From assembly GCA_036172245.1 (NCBI GenBank), contig JAYWIR010000058.1:62001-126000 (forward strand): a stretch of 64,000 nt of DNA. Direction: 5' to 3'. The position numbers and the translations under genes are program-made. Every line of letters begins with the position of its first letter. Positions within the stretch are counted from its first letter, which is position 1. The notes beneath the pieces are model-generated. The model saw only the letters and a list, made by a program, of their open reading frames with translations, ran no database searches and was not told where the DNA came from. This DNA comes from Raillietiella orientalis. Taxonomy: Eukaryota. Of this stretch, positions 38,601-48,699 are shown piece by piece.

Positions 38601-40801
38601 GGTCGCGTGCCTCGCGGCGTACGTGGCCCTTTTGAACACACTGTTTTGTTTCCACGCCTCTCCACCTGAGGCCAGGGGGCGATGCTTTTCTTCAGGATAG
38701 GGCACCCCAGGAGGGGGTTCCGTCCTATGATATGAATCCAGGAAGGGCTCTGAGTCCGTTCCTCTCAAGCTTGAGGGGGATCCCTCGGGGGATCGCACCT
38801 CCCACCCTGGTTGTTTCCGAAGGAGAACCCCGAAGGGAATCTTCCTCATTCTCTCCGGAGGGACACCCTCCCTTCCCAATGGGGAGGGGCTGTCCTCTCC
38901 ATTTCAACTTCATTACAACTTCTCCGAAGGGAATCCGAAAAGGATCCGCTGGTAGGAATTTCTTCTCCGGAGGAACCCGCAAGGGAACCGCTCCTGTTCA
39001 CTCCTCTGAAGAGAACCCCGAAGGGACGCTTCCGCTTCCCGCAGGGAATCACTCTCGCTTGCACTCTGTGAAGAGGAGGGTAACCCTCGCTGAGTGGGGT
39101 CTGCTCCATCGAACAACTAGGAGAGATGCCCGCGAGGGCTCCTGCTCCATGTTGAAACCGGAAGGGCACCCCGCTAAGGGGGTCCGCTCTCCGTTGTGCG
39201 ACAGGAGGGGGAACTCCCCACTCCTTGGATTCCTGGAAGAACCCGAAGGTCGACTCCCATTGTTCCTCTCTTCATCAGGGGCCTCCGGCTTAAACGACCA
39301 CCGGTACCACGCCCGAATGTCTCGGCCAACCAGCGCCATTGCAGGAGAAACTCGGAACCCCACGACGCAGTGGAGTCAGTTTCTGCCAGAGTATTCGATC
39401 CCGTGACGCATGGTGCCACGCGCGGAAGCCACAAGGCTTCCTACGCGGGCAGAGTATTTCTGGTGTTTCTCATTTCTCAGGAAGCGTCAGCAGCACCAGC
39501 GATCCCCAGAGTAGAGAAACGGTATATCCCACGAACTCACAGAAGAAAAGACAGGAAACTGCGACTCGCCTCTGCGACCTCTCCGGCATCCCTCTATGAA
39601 TCTCTTATTACAATTTTCCTGACCCCCCATGCTTCCAGGAAGGAGTCCCGGGCACTTGCTACGAGGGAATGTCCCCCTCAGATCACTGCACCCACCGTAC
39701 GATTGGTCTTCCTTCCCCTTCTCCCGAATGGGAGAAGTGGACGGAGGATTACTTCTCGCGAGCATCTTCGCAGATTCCTAACCGCAGATGCGATTGGACG
39801 GTCACAGGGCACGCAACGAACTGGCAAACCCACCAGCAGGTGGTGGGAGGTTGTCTGCGGGATCTCTCGGGCAGCAGGAAACCTCAAGGTGTCTGGACCG
39901 CGCGTAAGCTTGCTGACACCACAACAACCTTGAACCCTCTCAAGTGACCTGTTCGCTAGGATGAACTCAGCATCCATCATGCCTTTCCCCCAGGTAGCAG
40001 CACTAGGAGCTTCTGATGTTGCATTGGGCACTCCTGTGCAGTGGACTTCGCCACCTCTGGACGAGGGGGAGCGTCAGTCTTACCTGAGCCAGGTGCGTAA
40101 AGTGAGACACCATCCTCCCCCCACTCGCAAGTGACATGTGTTGCCCTGCAGGCATCATGAAAGCGTTTCTTCGCGTCCTTTCCTTCCCCAGTGGACTACC
40201 CAGAAGACTGTTTAAGGAATTTCTTTGCGCGGAGTGCCCGGTAGCCAGCTGCACCGTCGCAGCTCCATGCTGTCCACGCAGAGTCTTCGCCTCCAGGAAC
40301 GACGTCGAGAGTGGAAAGCATGGCAGGGGTGCCACCATTCGCTCCTCGTCCGGTTCCTGCGGAACACGACGAGGTGGAACCATCTGAGCAGCCGCCAAGA
40401 GCTTGCCGGCATCCTGCAAAGGATGCAGAAGACCACGCATCACGGGATGCGCTCCCTTCCCTCTGCATCCCTAGTCTTTGCAGACTTTTTTTTTTTGTTT
40501 CCCTTCTCTTTTATTTTTCTAATCGTATATTTTTCTCGATCCCTCCCTGATGTTGTGGACCAACCCTTTACCCCAGTGGATGTTCGGACTCGGTGGGACG
40601 CACAGTCTGTTTTGTGAAAAATCAACTTTCCGGGGCAACCGGATGGGGACTCACCAGCAAGTCGGAGCGGACCCTCAGGTTACTCAGCTGCACGGATCCT
40701 TTCAGAATTCCTATCTTGAGTGTCTCCGCGTCGAGATCGTCGAAGAAAATCTTGAGATACGAGCGCAGGAGGTCCGCTATCCTCATTTGGAGGGACTTCA
40801 T
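900..40801 (-). CDS. Vps13: VPS13-family (VPS13A/C-like) intermembrane lipid transfer protein; multi-exon, 3' end beyond the left edge (lower bound approximate)
   Basis: Hand-spliced GT-AG exons: 40801-40655, 33955-33739, 30231-30066, 29592-29390, 29349-29172, 29129-29001, 28957-28813, 25180-24940, 24887-24508, 21168-20984, 20942-20806, ~13370-12887 (internal structure unresolved), 12842-12722, 12626-12396, 11237-11095, 10494-10296, 10245-10129, 10082-9927, 9875-9710, 9582-9259, 7001-6835, 6783-6620, 2632-2410, 2298-2002, 1955-1827, 1711-1579, 1529-1359, 1307-1192, 1140-~900. Phases are compatible at the junctions checked. Chorein_N motifs are present (DLLRSYLKIFFDDLDAETLKIGILKGSVQLSNL; DLPLEVIRGSIGKLIIKIPW; IEVTIRNIHVRYED), as is the pre-VAB motif WNCLTCSWEPLLE...RPW. 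Confidence 0.9.
2845..3060 (+). repeat. Purine-rich low-complexity tract (intronic)
   Basis: Degenerate GAA/AAG runs. Confidence 0.7.
3300..6400 (+). mobile_element. Decayed Ty3/gypsy integrase relics in a VPS13 intron
   Basis: RTAPRPTLLTGALPVSLLAIGRR and TYQRALGDPPSDLAYGE resemble the integrase C-terminal YR.TP...TG.SP..L..GR motif. Confidence 0.35.
6620..7001 (-). CDS. Vps13: VPS13 exon pair
   Basis: Two exons with a 51-nt intron; phases match the exon ending at 9259 and the exon starting at 2632. Confidence 0.7.
7860..8195 (-). mobile_element. Short tRNA-derived SINE-like element
   Basis: B-box-like GTCGCGGATTCGAATCCC on the minus strand; similar to 42540-42800 (GCCGCGGACACGAGCGC, GCATCCAAACA). 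Confidence 0.6.
8200..9250 (+). mobile_element. Decayed BEL/Pao reverse transcriptase relic
   Basis: ELFLETVRERED, ILVVDDK (YVDD-like) and FSNDPADF in Pao order; contains stops and frameshifts. Confidence 0.45.
9259..13370 (-). CDS. Vps13: VPS13 middle exon cluster (extended chorein/RBG repeats)
   Basis: KLDVSLTSLKLNISQRR; DIDLPGFEDNVSPSNVIKFLLHFFVGE|VEVNLVRSSEHIDRPYL; CPDFRSHFHGVEQSL; PIPSGAVRFSCSV; AFRL|GKLSLENF; canonical splice sites. Confidence 0.8.
10500..11090 (+). mobile_element. Decayed BEL/Pao RT-RNase H relic
   Basis: KRNALLGR...SPFT...WRTVW and FRVAPSRSQRSPRL (compare KSRVAP...IPRLEL). Confidence 0.45.
14016..15305 (+). repeat. Copy A of a 1290-bp near-identical inverted duplication; decayed BEL/Pao-like gag-protease segment
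   Basis: Reverse complement of 61280-62569; the ORF translations lying inside it are identical in both copies. WDLDKLRNAL and VRILACGALDSAS resemble Pao gag and protease. Confidence 0.9.
15306..16310 (+). mobile_element. Decayed LTR-retrotransposon connection/integrase relic
   Basis: AALAWLLSF...GSLT and ERLGVDL. Confidence 0.4.
16360..17250. other. Very AT-rich, low-complexity island
   Basis: Abrupt switch to TA-rich sequence between GC-rich flanks. Confidence 0.85.
17300..17960 (-). mobile_element. Decayed BEL/Pao RNase H relic
   Basis: LLVAFRDAEC...IKAAARLLLR (compare LHGFCDAS...LEL.AA.LL). Confidence 0.35.
18650..19750 (+). mobile_element. Decayed Ty3/gypsy RT-RNase H relic
   Basis: HAKGVYCMKRP, RSFRG...PLMLWKEDNGFH and SLDATG; 19230-19385 is similar to the reverse complement of 32585-32740. 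Confidence 0.55.
19840..20400 (-). mobile_element. Decayed hAT transposase relic
   Basis: DTFGLVEAAF...SWNLLGITAGD...MCILH, then FHVKIFWFS (compare YHTEVRWLS). Confidence 0.5.
20806..21168 (-). CDS. Vps13: VPS13 exons 10-11
   Basis: LRMNFELNLPNLLL...EEE|DVLVVGMGRFRTKTEL...LNDRLFLFWENFQIRF, joined by a 41-nt intron. Missed by the ORF track. Confidence 0.75.
21310..21620. repeat. Dispersed non-coding repeat; inverted paralog of the sequence flanking the piggyBac (35860-35955 plus 37104-37300)
   Basis: Colinear reverse-complement similarity on both sides of a single TTAA at 21520-21523. Confidence 0.75.
23049..23345. repeat. About 300-bp direct repeat, copy 1 (part of a probable hAT transposase relic at ~22700-23350, minus strand)
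   Basis: Nearly identical to 30568-30885; translation LLEAKFQKGLEWRELQ / SMLADG resembles the hAT GL.W..L...TDG segment. Confidence 0.75.
24508..25180 (-). CDS. Vps13: VPS13 exons 8-9
   Basis: Two exons with canonical splice sites joined by a 52-nt intron; phases fit both neighbouring exons; beta-strand-rich sequence. Confidence 0.75.
25340..25800 (+). mobile_element. Decayed hAT transposase relic
   Basis: TSEDLFRYLCEAF...LLGCV...VAHCI. Confidence 0.45.
25845..26340 (-). mobile_element. Decayed gypsy integrase zinc-finger relic
   Basis: LHQGH...IIWDRRVPDV and PRPLPW. Confidence 0.35.
26350..27288 (-). mobile_element. Long (~0.9 kb) tRNA-headed SINE-like element
   Basis: Minus-strand head GGTCACGTGGTTGCGG...GTCGCGGGTTCCAAC (A/B-box-like) and an A-rich tail; colinear similarity to 38550-39440. 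Confidence 0.55.
28075..28676 (+). mobile_element. Tc1/mariner (mariner) transposase relic, 3' end with TIR
   Basis: GIVLLHDNVRPHTA; LLKKWLASQRFEESEELKAAV...FYAEGL; frameshifted; ends in ...TTACTTTTCAGGTGCGCCTCGTA, a mariner-like end. Confidence 0.85.
28813..30231 (-). CDS. Vps13: VPS13 exons 3-7 cluster
   Basis: IEVTIRNIHVRYED; FKLIRIDAFYVYCN; VLRPLSI; SKDQYDNL; WKDTWKCALKCILEERIRPYQWKRIKVHR; LDIMSIFLAREEAKLE. Introns of 473, 40, 42 and 43 nt. Confidence 0.92.
30568..30885. repeat. About 300-bp direct repeat, copy 2
   Basis: Near-identical to 23049-23345, with a small insertion near 30810. Confidence 0.8.
31000..33000 (-). mobile_element. Decayed LTR-retrotransposon pol relic(s), partly the same gypsy family as 18650-19750
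   Basis: RACAVNRAFHNLPLMLWKDSGFH is shared with ~19250; GSDNASS is integrase-like. Confidence 0.45.
33739..33955 (-). CDS. Vps13: VPS13 exon 2 (chorein N-terminal domain)
   Basis: TTTCAG acceptor; CCQDLPLEVIRGSIGKLIIKIPWTSWKSDSFSVEIEDVFLLI; GTACTT donor. Confidence 0.92.
34200..35000 (-). mobile_element. Possible decayed hAT transposase relic
   Basis: VRAFF...QELMTALVDRKSGKELLSGIERTL. Confidence 0.3.
35956..37103 (-). mobile_element. Internally deleted, non-autonomous piggyBac element
   Basis: TTAA on both sides (35952-35955 and 37104-37107). TIR CCCTTAACATCCCAGTA vs reverse-complement CTCTTAACATCCTAGTA. Remnant ORF 36193-36573 with DSIGSFHLFFDRKTLQLIVKHTN resembles the piggyBac transposase N-terminal half. 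Confidence 0.88.
37330..38520 (+). mobile_element. Decayed gypsy integrase relic
   Basis: QEGWEK, LRSHVVWASNLE, TRPYGRCAWGLPAP. Confidence 0.4.
38550..39440 (-). mobile_element. Long tRNA-headed SINE-like element, second copy
   Basis: Shares blocks with 26350-27288 (TATGAATCCAGGAAG, CCACCCTGGTTGT, ATTCTCTCCGGAGGGA, ACTCCTCTGAAGAGAAC, TGGTGCCACGCGCGGA). Confidence 0.55.
39440..40440 (+). mobile_element. Decayed gypsy integrase relic
   Basis: PSPSPEWEKWTEDYF and DLFARMN. Confidence 0.3.
40655..40801 (-). CDS. Vps13: VPS13 first coding exon (49 codons)
   Basis: MKSLQMRIADLLRSYLKIFFDDLDAETLKIGILKGSVQLSNLRVRSDLL followed by a GTGAGT donor; matches the VPS13 N-terminus. An AG acceptor just upstream of the ATG implies a 5' UTR exon further upstream. 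Confidence 0.88.
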
Positions 40802-40879
40802 CTTCCTGATCTGGAGAAGTGGGAACGCTGAGTCTCAGCGGTGAACTGGCGATCACTGTGTGCGTGTGTGTGTGTGTTT

Positions 40880-42240
40880 TCTTTCTCCCACGGCCTCTGC
40901 AACATGTGGATTACACATCCCGCACAAGAGCGAAATTATGAAACAGAGATGCGTCTAGCGGATCCTGATATTACGTTTCTTGGACTACGCGGAAGATGAT
41001 GCGGAGCTTTCAAGTCTCTTCCCAATGAAGATGGAAAGAAGACGGATGCTGGACGGAAAGAGCAAGGTTCTCCACGGAACTTGTGAAGGCAGAAAAGGAG
41101 TAGATGAACCTCTGCCTTATTGGTTGCTCGTATGCTGCATTTCAGCATCCACGATTGAAGTGACTTTTGGTGACTCGATTGTGCACAGGTAGATGAAATA
41201 AAGTCAGTTAACATTGAAACCAGAAATCTCCGAAAAGGGTCAAGAAACGAAACAGTGTTATTCGGGTGATGTTAGGAAAGACAGGAGCGCCTAGGCAGCT
41301 GTGCATCTGCCTCCGACCAACTCTGCCTGCCTCTCAGCGAGGGCTGAAGCAGGCACCATCAACCGAACGAGGTCTCAGAGAAGTCTTTTCTCCGTTTCCC
41401 GTCTGTTTTCCCAAGGCCTGCAGCTCGACAGTCCCCGCATGGGCTTGAGGGATGCGGAGGCGCACACGACCTCAGGATCACCTTTTTTCATACACGGACT
41501 CGTGCTCCCGACGCACGCAATACGCAAGGTGACGTAGCTGGATCGTCACCTGGACCCATCCACCGTCGCTGCTGTCGAAAAAGGGCTTGCCCGCAACGAA
41601 TGTTCGAAAGCAGAGAGCCAAAGCGTTCCTTGTCCAGATGGAAAGTTTGTAAAAGAGGTGCACAGACACAGCTGGAGTCCGCAGTTCCTTGTTTGGCATC
41701 CAGAGCTTCTGCTGCTTCCTTGAATTCTGGGATTGCGCCGAACCGGAGGTGGATCTGGGGCTCCTTCCGCTGGATCGGTCAGGACTGGTGCGCTTGGTTG
41801 TTCAGAGACAACCCGGCAGATGCATCTGGCGGATGTCTCTCGACTGTGTTGCATAGAGGACGGCGGCATTATCAGCTTGCTGAGTGGATTGTTGCCGCAC
41901 ATCCTTGGAATTCCAGCCTTGCTGGGCACCGTCGTTTTGGAGGCCGCAACGAGCAGACTACGATGGCGCAAGGAGAGATGCTTGGGTTCCTCCAGAGAGT
42001 GAAGGGGAAAGCGAGCAGTCCGCATGTTCTTTCCTTTGCCCTCTAACCCGAGCCTTCTTGAGCGATGTTGCCGTGTCTTTGAACGAGCAGCACGCGTCTC
42101 GCGCCGTGTGACGAGGTCTTCTTTCTCGGATGGGCGAAAATTCCATACGTTCGGGATGTGCAAAACACTGATTCAGGATGCATTCCCGCTCCGGAGAACC
42201 GTTTGCAGGAATCGATTTCAAAGATAGACTGTCGCATCTC
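40880..42240 (+). mobile_element. Decayed BEL/Pao integrase relic
   Basis: RWKVCKR; CSETTRQMHLADVSRL (compare CATTRAVHLELVSDL); VFERAARVSRR. Confidence 0.55.
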
Positions 42241-42539
42241 TTATGGAACAATGCTTTAGATGTTAATTGTATCCTCTTGTACCTGAAGAGCTGAGATGCA
42301 CTGGAGATTCCTCATGACCTCCCTGAATTTCCTTGATGAACCTCATGCACATCTTTCTTCCTCCCCCCGAGGACAGAATGAGTCATTCTGATTCATTTTT
42401 GCTGCCTTTTACGTTCTTCCAGATTTTTTTTTTCGATTTTCTAATTTTTGGCTCAACAGTTATTGCATCACCCCCTAGGCATCTCGGAGCCTCACACAAG
42501 GCTATTCCGGTGTCACCCCTATATCCGAGGTGCTCTTGA

Positions 42540-42800
42540 ACCGGAGAGAGATAGCCCGAAAGGGACAACCCCTGATGTCTGGCTGCTAGTTAACAGGCCA
42601 TCCGGCCGCGGACACGAGCGCGCTATTAGCGCACACTCGACTCCTGTAGTCATCCCGGCGTCGTCATAGGAAGAAACCAGAAACCTCGGAGCATCCAAAC
42701 ACGGTGTCAATCCCTTCTGTGGTAGACTTGAACCCACGACTCTCGATGCCGCTCGTGGTCGCCATGGCAGAATGGCAGCCAGGGTGGACTGAACCACGTG
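42540..42800 (-). mobile_element. Short tRNA-derived SINE-like element, second copy
   Basis: Minus strand GTGGTTCAGT...GTCGTGGGTTCAAGTC; colinear with 7860-8195. Confidence 0.6.
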
Positions 42801-43249
42801 AAGCAGATTTCAATCCCGAAAGGCATTAATCCGGATATTTGCAAGAACAGGAAAAATCCCGGACCAGACCACTACGAAGTAGGCGTTGCGCAGGTCTCAT
42901 AAAAGAAAGCGTGCATCTTCCCATTATGGAGATCTACAGCCAGCGGGATGGTTCGTGGTCCGCAAGCTTGCTGGGTGACCACCGATACATTTCTTTTGGG
43001 GGAAAACATTCGAGGAGGGCATCCTGTAGAGCCGAATCCTCATTCTACCAGGGGAGATCTGTTGCTTTGAATCTGGCAGCCTGAGGCGTTCAATCTGGAA
43101 TTTTTTTGCTACAGTAATACACCCGGAGGTCGTCGTCCTCTCGATCAGGAAGTCGATCTTCTTTCAATTGCTCTCAATTCATTCGCGGAAGACGGGGATT
43201 AAAGCTCGTCTTTCCGTTGGGGTTATTAGAAGTGACCGTTTACTATGGA

Positions 43250-46160
43250 GCCGCGGTGAACGCTGGAACTTCACTGTGGCTCCATGGTAAACGGTCCTTC
43301 CAGACAAGCAGCGACTCTGGAGGGTAGCAGCCTTCTTTGCTCTTATTTTCTCTTTCTCCTTCTTTTATAGACGAAGATGAGCTGCAAGACTGGAAAAACG
43401 CTGCAAGCGAAGAAAAAGTCCGGCTACAGCAAACACAGAATGCTTGTCCTTGTGAATAGAGATCAACGTTGACGGTGCGTTCCGTGCCTCCATTGAGCAT
43501 GCAAAGGGAATGATCTACTCCATGTTGCACTAGAACCATGGCATCGCTCTCACGGGAGCCAACGGCATTTTTCATTTGGATCGAAAGCTTTTTCACGCAG
43601 AATCGACCGGAGTGTAAGGTGTTTTGAAGGGTGCTTTGGTGCTTGTTGTCGTGTCCTCTCTTTGGGGGTTTACAACGAAGCGGAACGGAACCGTCAGCAT
43701 TCTCTTGCAGGGACTTGCTTGTTTTAGTGTTCGCAGTGTTTGGCAATTCCTCTTTATCCGATTCACTCTCGCGAAAGCACATGAGATACGCAGCAAATAC
43801 CAAAGGCTCCGCCAAAAAAAAAAAAATAAGCCTGTTCAACTCTTTTCGTAACCTTTAACATGATACCTCAGTCACTGTTGACCAGTGCTACGAATTCAGT
43901 GCGGCCAACTTTTGATCGATCGTAGCCTGAATCAAGAGATCAATTCATTAGGAGTGTTCGATTTCCGGTCGAATTTTTCCAAGGCGAAGTCAGGAACACA
44001 AAGCGGTAGCGAGTCACGCGTAGGAAAATCTATTTGCGTCACGCGTCACCCAAACCTCTTCTCCGAGAAGCCAGATAAAGAGAATAGCAGACACAAAACG
44101 ATACTCACCACTTCACGGAGCGTATGGAATCCTACCAAAGCACTTCTATCAAGCGCTTTAGCTACCACTCTCAACCCAAAGAAGCAGATCACAAAACATG
44201 AAACGGAACGAACTTCAGAGTTTCCAAACTTGAGGAATGTTGTGGAAGCCCTCGGAAGTACAGAGTGGTAGTTCGAGCAATTAAAATTTGTGCATTGTGG
44301 AGGAAGTGAAGTTTTCAAGACATCTTTAAAGAATAAGGGTAACGAGTCGTTTGTTGTAGCCTACAGAACAACCCTAGTGCTGTTCCTGCACGTTGCCGAG
44401 TCATGCGCCTGACGGGAAGCGCACAAACAGGGAATGCTTAAGGAAAACTGTCAGATCAATGCTCTGTCACGTGATGTAACAGGAAACATTCAGTACGGTC
44501 GCGTATGTCATGCAACTGGGTCTGTATTGATTTCAGATGCATCGAGAGTACCTATGTGGTGCATTTATTTTACTGAAAAAGTAAAGAATAAAATTCTTCA
44601 CAATATTAACGTGTACAGGAAATGTACGTGTACGTTTTTATGATGATCTCACCGGGAAATATCCTCGCCATGTAGTCACACATCAGTTAGTTAATCACTC
44701 TGCAGCATAGCGCAACATCCACTACCCGAACGATGCATCATTTACTGTAGTCTTCTAAGATAGATCCCCCACTACTATCCAGCAGATGGAGTAGGAATAG
44801 TATGGCTTGGGCAATGAGTCTAACCTGCTGAAGACAGGACTATTCCATTGTTCCTGTGAGGAAACTACAGATCACAAATAAAGTGACATCCTGATTCTTT
44901 AGTTTCTAGAGAGAACAGAATGGTGTTCAATTTGGCTGCCATCCCAATACAGCTGGATGAGTAAGGCTGGATGGATTCCCAGAAAATTCTTCTGCACGTT
45001 GCCGGGGAATCATCCTACGTGTACTCGACAAGGTGTTCTCGAATGATTATTTTACACAAGAAACAGAAGAAGAATGAAAAGCACAAAACATTCTCTGGAA
45101 ACCTAATGATTTTCTTCTTTTCTTTCTCTCTCTCTTTTTTTTCCTGCTAACGATCATTCTGAAGATGTGTTCCAGCAAGTCGTGGATTTCCAGAGAATAT
45201 TTTGTGCTTTCCCTTCTTAAAGTCGAGCAGTGCGCGACCCCATTCGCTTCTGCAGTGGACGATCCCCGATAACTCCAGCATCAACTTTCACGTGGTCACA
45301 GATACACACAACAATGCTCTCTTTCTAATAATCGATGGTCTTCATCACTGAAGGCGGAGGAATCTGTTAATGCACGAAGCCCTGTGTCGGCTTCCTCGGA
45401 GATCACAGAAACTGGAAATAAACATCAGCAAAATGTTTATTGTAGTCGTATTGCTCGTATCTTTTTATGGATACGAGCACAGGCGAGCATGTGGGAAAAA
45501 AAGTTCCGTATAGTCAAGGGTGGCGCGAATCTAAGAGGGTCGAGAATCCTGCAAGCTTGCACTGGCGTCTGCAGCAGACTGCTTCGAGACCTTAGAATCA
45601 AGTCAAGACCAACAGGAGCAAACCTATTCTCAGTGCATCATTAGGATATTAGCGCTCTTTATGGAAGAAATGAAAAACATAGACTGCTAGCAACAGGACC
45701 TCATCCGAAGCGGTATAATAGAGGCTCATTCGTGACGTTTCAGGATTGCATATCTTGGACAGTTAGTGGCTTTCAGGCGACAAGAAACGGGATCGAAGAG
45801 TTTCCGTGCAAGTCTCTGGTCTCTCCTACCGTTCTCCATGTCATCACTGCCATTGTTGGATCAACGACTGAGAGATATGGAAAGGAAAGGTCTTCAAATG
45901 ATCCGATCACGCTTCAGCTTAACATGCCCGAAGATATTGACATCACTGTACACGAGGACATGCGCACGCTCCGGAATTTACTGTGGAATGAACCTCGAAC
46001 AGAGCAATGTATCTCAATGTGCTGTCTGCTCAAGTATCGCCACCCGGAATGGCATGGAAATGAAAAATATCTCAGTCACTGCATCAGCAGCTCAAAACTG
46101 ATCACCGAAAGACAAGACAAATTGGCTGTCCGAGTCAAGGACTTCTTGGGAACATAAGTG
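43250..46160 (+). mobile_element. Decayed Ty3/gypsy pol (RT, RNase H, integrase zinc finger, in order)
   Basis: ILLQGL; KPDKE...PTK; ISDAS; SRIARIFL; ARSGIYCGMNLE...QCAVC. Confidence 0.55.
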
Positions 46161-48450
46161 TGGGGAGCGTGTGTTCCCTAGCCAACCCATATCTGTTATG
46201 GGTGTCAAGATTCGACCGGACCACTAAATACTCCTAGGACACAGAACTTAGTGGTAGCTCTAGAAGAGCCCAGAGCTATTGGGTCTTGGTCGTGAGATGC
46301 TTGGGATCGTGTAATCTAGAGGACCACGGGGTGCTGTGGGCACTGAAAATTCCTGAAGAACAAGCAAGACATAGTCTGCCCCGGATCTAGCATTCCAGAG
46401 GCTGGGAACGCAGGATAGGTCACTGACAGAACCAAACTCGTCCTTCTTATGGAAGAAGGAATTTCCGGAAGACGAGGTGCGCCTTATTAGTAAGGAGAAA
46501 CCGATGGTATTGAGTCCTCTCCTTCAGTTTCTGGAACTCCTTATCAATAAAAGATCGGCAAAAGCCTCAGGATGCATACGCGAAGAACAGGTTGGGCCAC
46601 TGTCACTAATGAACCGACTCCCAAGAGTCGGAGACTCGTCTTGAGGAACAGATGGAGAATCTCCTTCGTATTTTTTGTCGCACCTTCTTTCCCTCTTTCC
46701 TTTAGTACCAGGAGAAGGGTCCCAACCGTGAGCTTAGGCGACCTCGGGGCTGGTCGCACTGGATCTGTCCTCACCGCGCTCTGGTCGAGCACCACGCATT
46801 GCCATCGTTCAGATTCCAGATGGTCTTCTGGGATCAAGACACCTCCCCTACAAAGCCTGGAGACTAAGGAGAAGTGCGGTGCTGCGATTTCTTAAAATCT
46901 TCGTTGTGGTGAGAGAGGAACCCTGACTCTGGTCTAACGCTTGTGCTTTTCGAAAGGATCCAGCAAAAAGCCAAGCGTGAGGAAAATCCCTGCCTGAACT
47001 TCGCTCCAAAGTCAGCTCACGACTGTAGAACCGACTGGTTGCTCGTCCATGAGAGTTACTTTTGAGTTTGAATTTCATGAATTTTTCCCTTTGTCCGCGA
47101 CGAACGTCTACACGTATTGCAAAGGATAGAGTGGCTATTCCCAGGAAATAGACATGCAAGAAAACCATGCACTGACATGAAAGGAGAAGGCTGGAGAGAC
47201 GAGCCTGGAACCGTAAAGAGAATGAGCAGATTACAACCTTCAGCACTCCTTCAGACAAGTGCGAGTCAAAGATGTGTTTGGAACCCCTGGACTTTACTCT
47301 TGCATCGCAAAAGAATCTTATCGCCATGCTCCGAACCGATCTTTTCTCTGGCCCTTTGAATTTACAGATTGATTCCAAAGTAGCTTGAATCAGAAGGCCA
47401 CTCTGTGGTTCATCAGAAGGTTGCAGCCTTTTCGTTACTCGAAAGACGCATCACGTTGGCATTTTCAAGAAACATATGCATTCCAGAGTTCCTTGCGAGC
47501 TTCCAACCGTTCCTGGGAGCCACCCATGAAGTTTGTAGAGTGCGCCGTCGGATCCACGAACGTCATCCAATGGAACAACTCGGGCAAGCGGAACGGGAGC
47601 TGAGGGAATGCAGCAAACATCGGGTTATGGAGCATTCTATGCGGCGCGCTCACCCGGACCCCATGAAAAGTGTTGTTGGTTGCCTCGAACGGCAGCAGGG
47701 AGGTGGCAACCATGGAACTCTTGTGGAAAAGTCTCGGTGATCACACGAGAACGCTGAGAACCTCGGCATGGTTCGGAGCGACCGTGCAGAGGCCTGGCAG
47801 CAAGCGGCGCCGAACGCTCTACAAATGGAATTCCGACGTCATAGGCCCACCTAACGACTGGATGAGACGTGGTTCTTGCATTAGGAACCACGCTGGGTCG
47901 TCATGTGACTTCGCGAGGCCTGAGAGCACATAAGAAACCGGATCCAGAATTACTCTTCCATCTACATGCACTTAATATCTGGCTCCAAGGATCTGTAGGA
48001 TATCTGGAGGATTTGTCAATCCCCTCGAATTGAAGGGCGTACCGAAGCAAGCGTACAGAGGCTCCTCCTGCAGCCGCAGACTGCAGCCTAACGCAGGAAA
48101 CAGGAAAGATCACGAGGACCGTTTCCACTTTCATCGTGCCATTCAGGGTCCGCGCGTGCCCTCCGTTATACATTTCAGCCTCCATTCTACAAATACACAA
48201 AAAAGGGGAACAAAACGGAAGCTGCTTTCGGTCCAGTCGAGTGCACTCGCGAGTGGAAAACCTTCTGGGATGGCGCTCTTGTCTCAACACAATGAAAAAC
48301 AAGCCGGCGTTGTGTCTTTCAAACGTGGACATCAAGAGATTTCTGGCTCCAGTGGACGCAACATTTCCGTAGAGTCGAAGGCCTAGCCTCCGAAGCCCAT
48401 TTTACAGCCCCATAATCCACTCTCCGGTTTCCTAGGAAGATATGTGGTTG
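46160..48450 (+). mobile_element. Decayed BEL/Pao pol 3' half (RNase H-integrase)
   Basis: RSDSRW; KDPAK; CRVRRR; SREVATMELLWKSL; SGGF; VIHFSL, in Pao order. Confidence 0.5.
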
Positions 48451-48699
48451 GCTTTCAGGCTAAAAGGCAAAAAGTCCTTCCTGCAGACCAGAGTGTCTAA
48501 TCGTGCCTGTTCTCCCTTCTTTTCATTTCCACCGCGCACTAAAGAAGGGCATCAAGGAATCGCCTCAAGCATGCAGCTGTCATAGCAGTCAACAGCAAGA
48601 AATTTTACAGCTGAGCTCTTGCACTTTGGTGGTATGGCTAAGGAGGCGGACGACTCGAGTGGATCGAGGACACGACTTTTGTCACCAGTCTGGCTTCCT

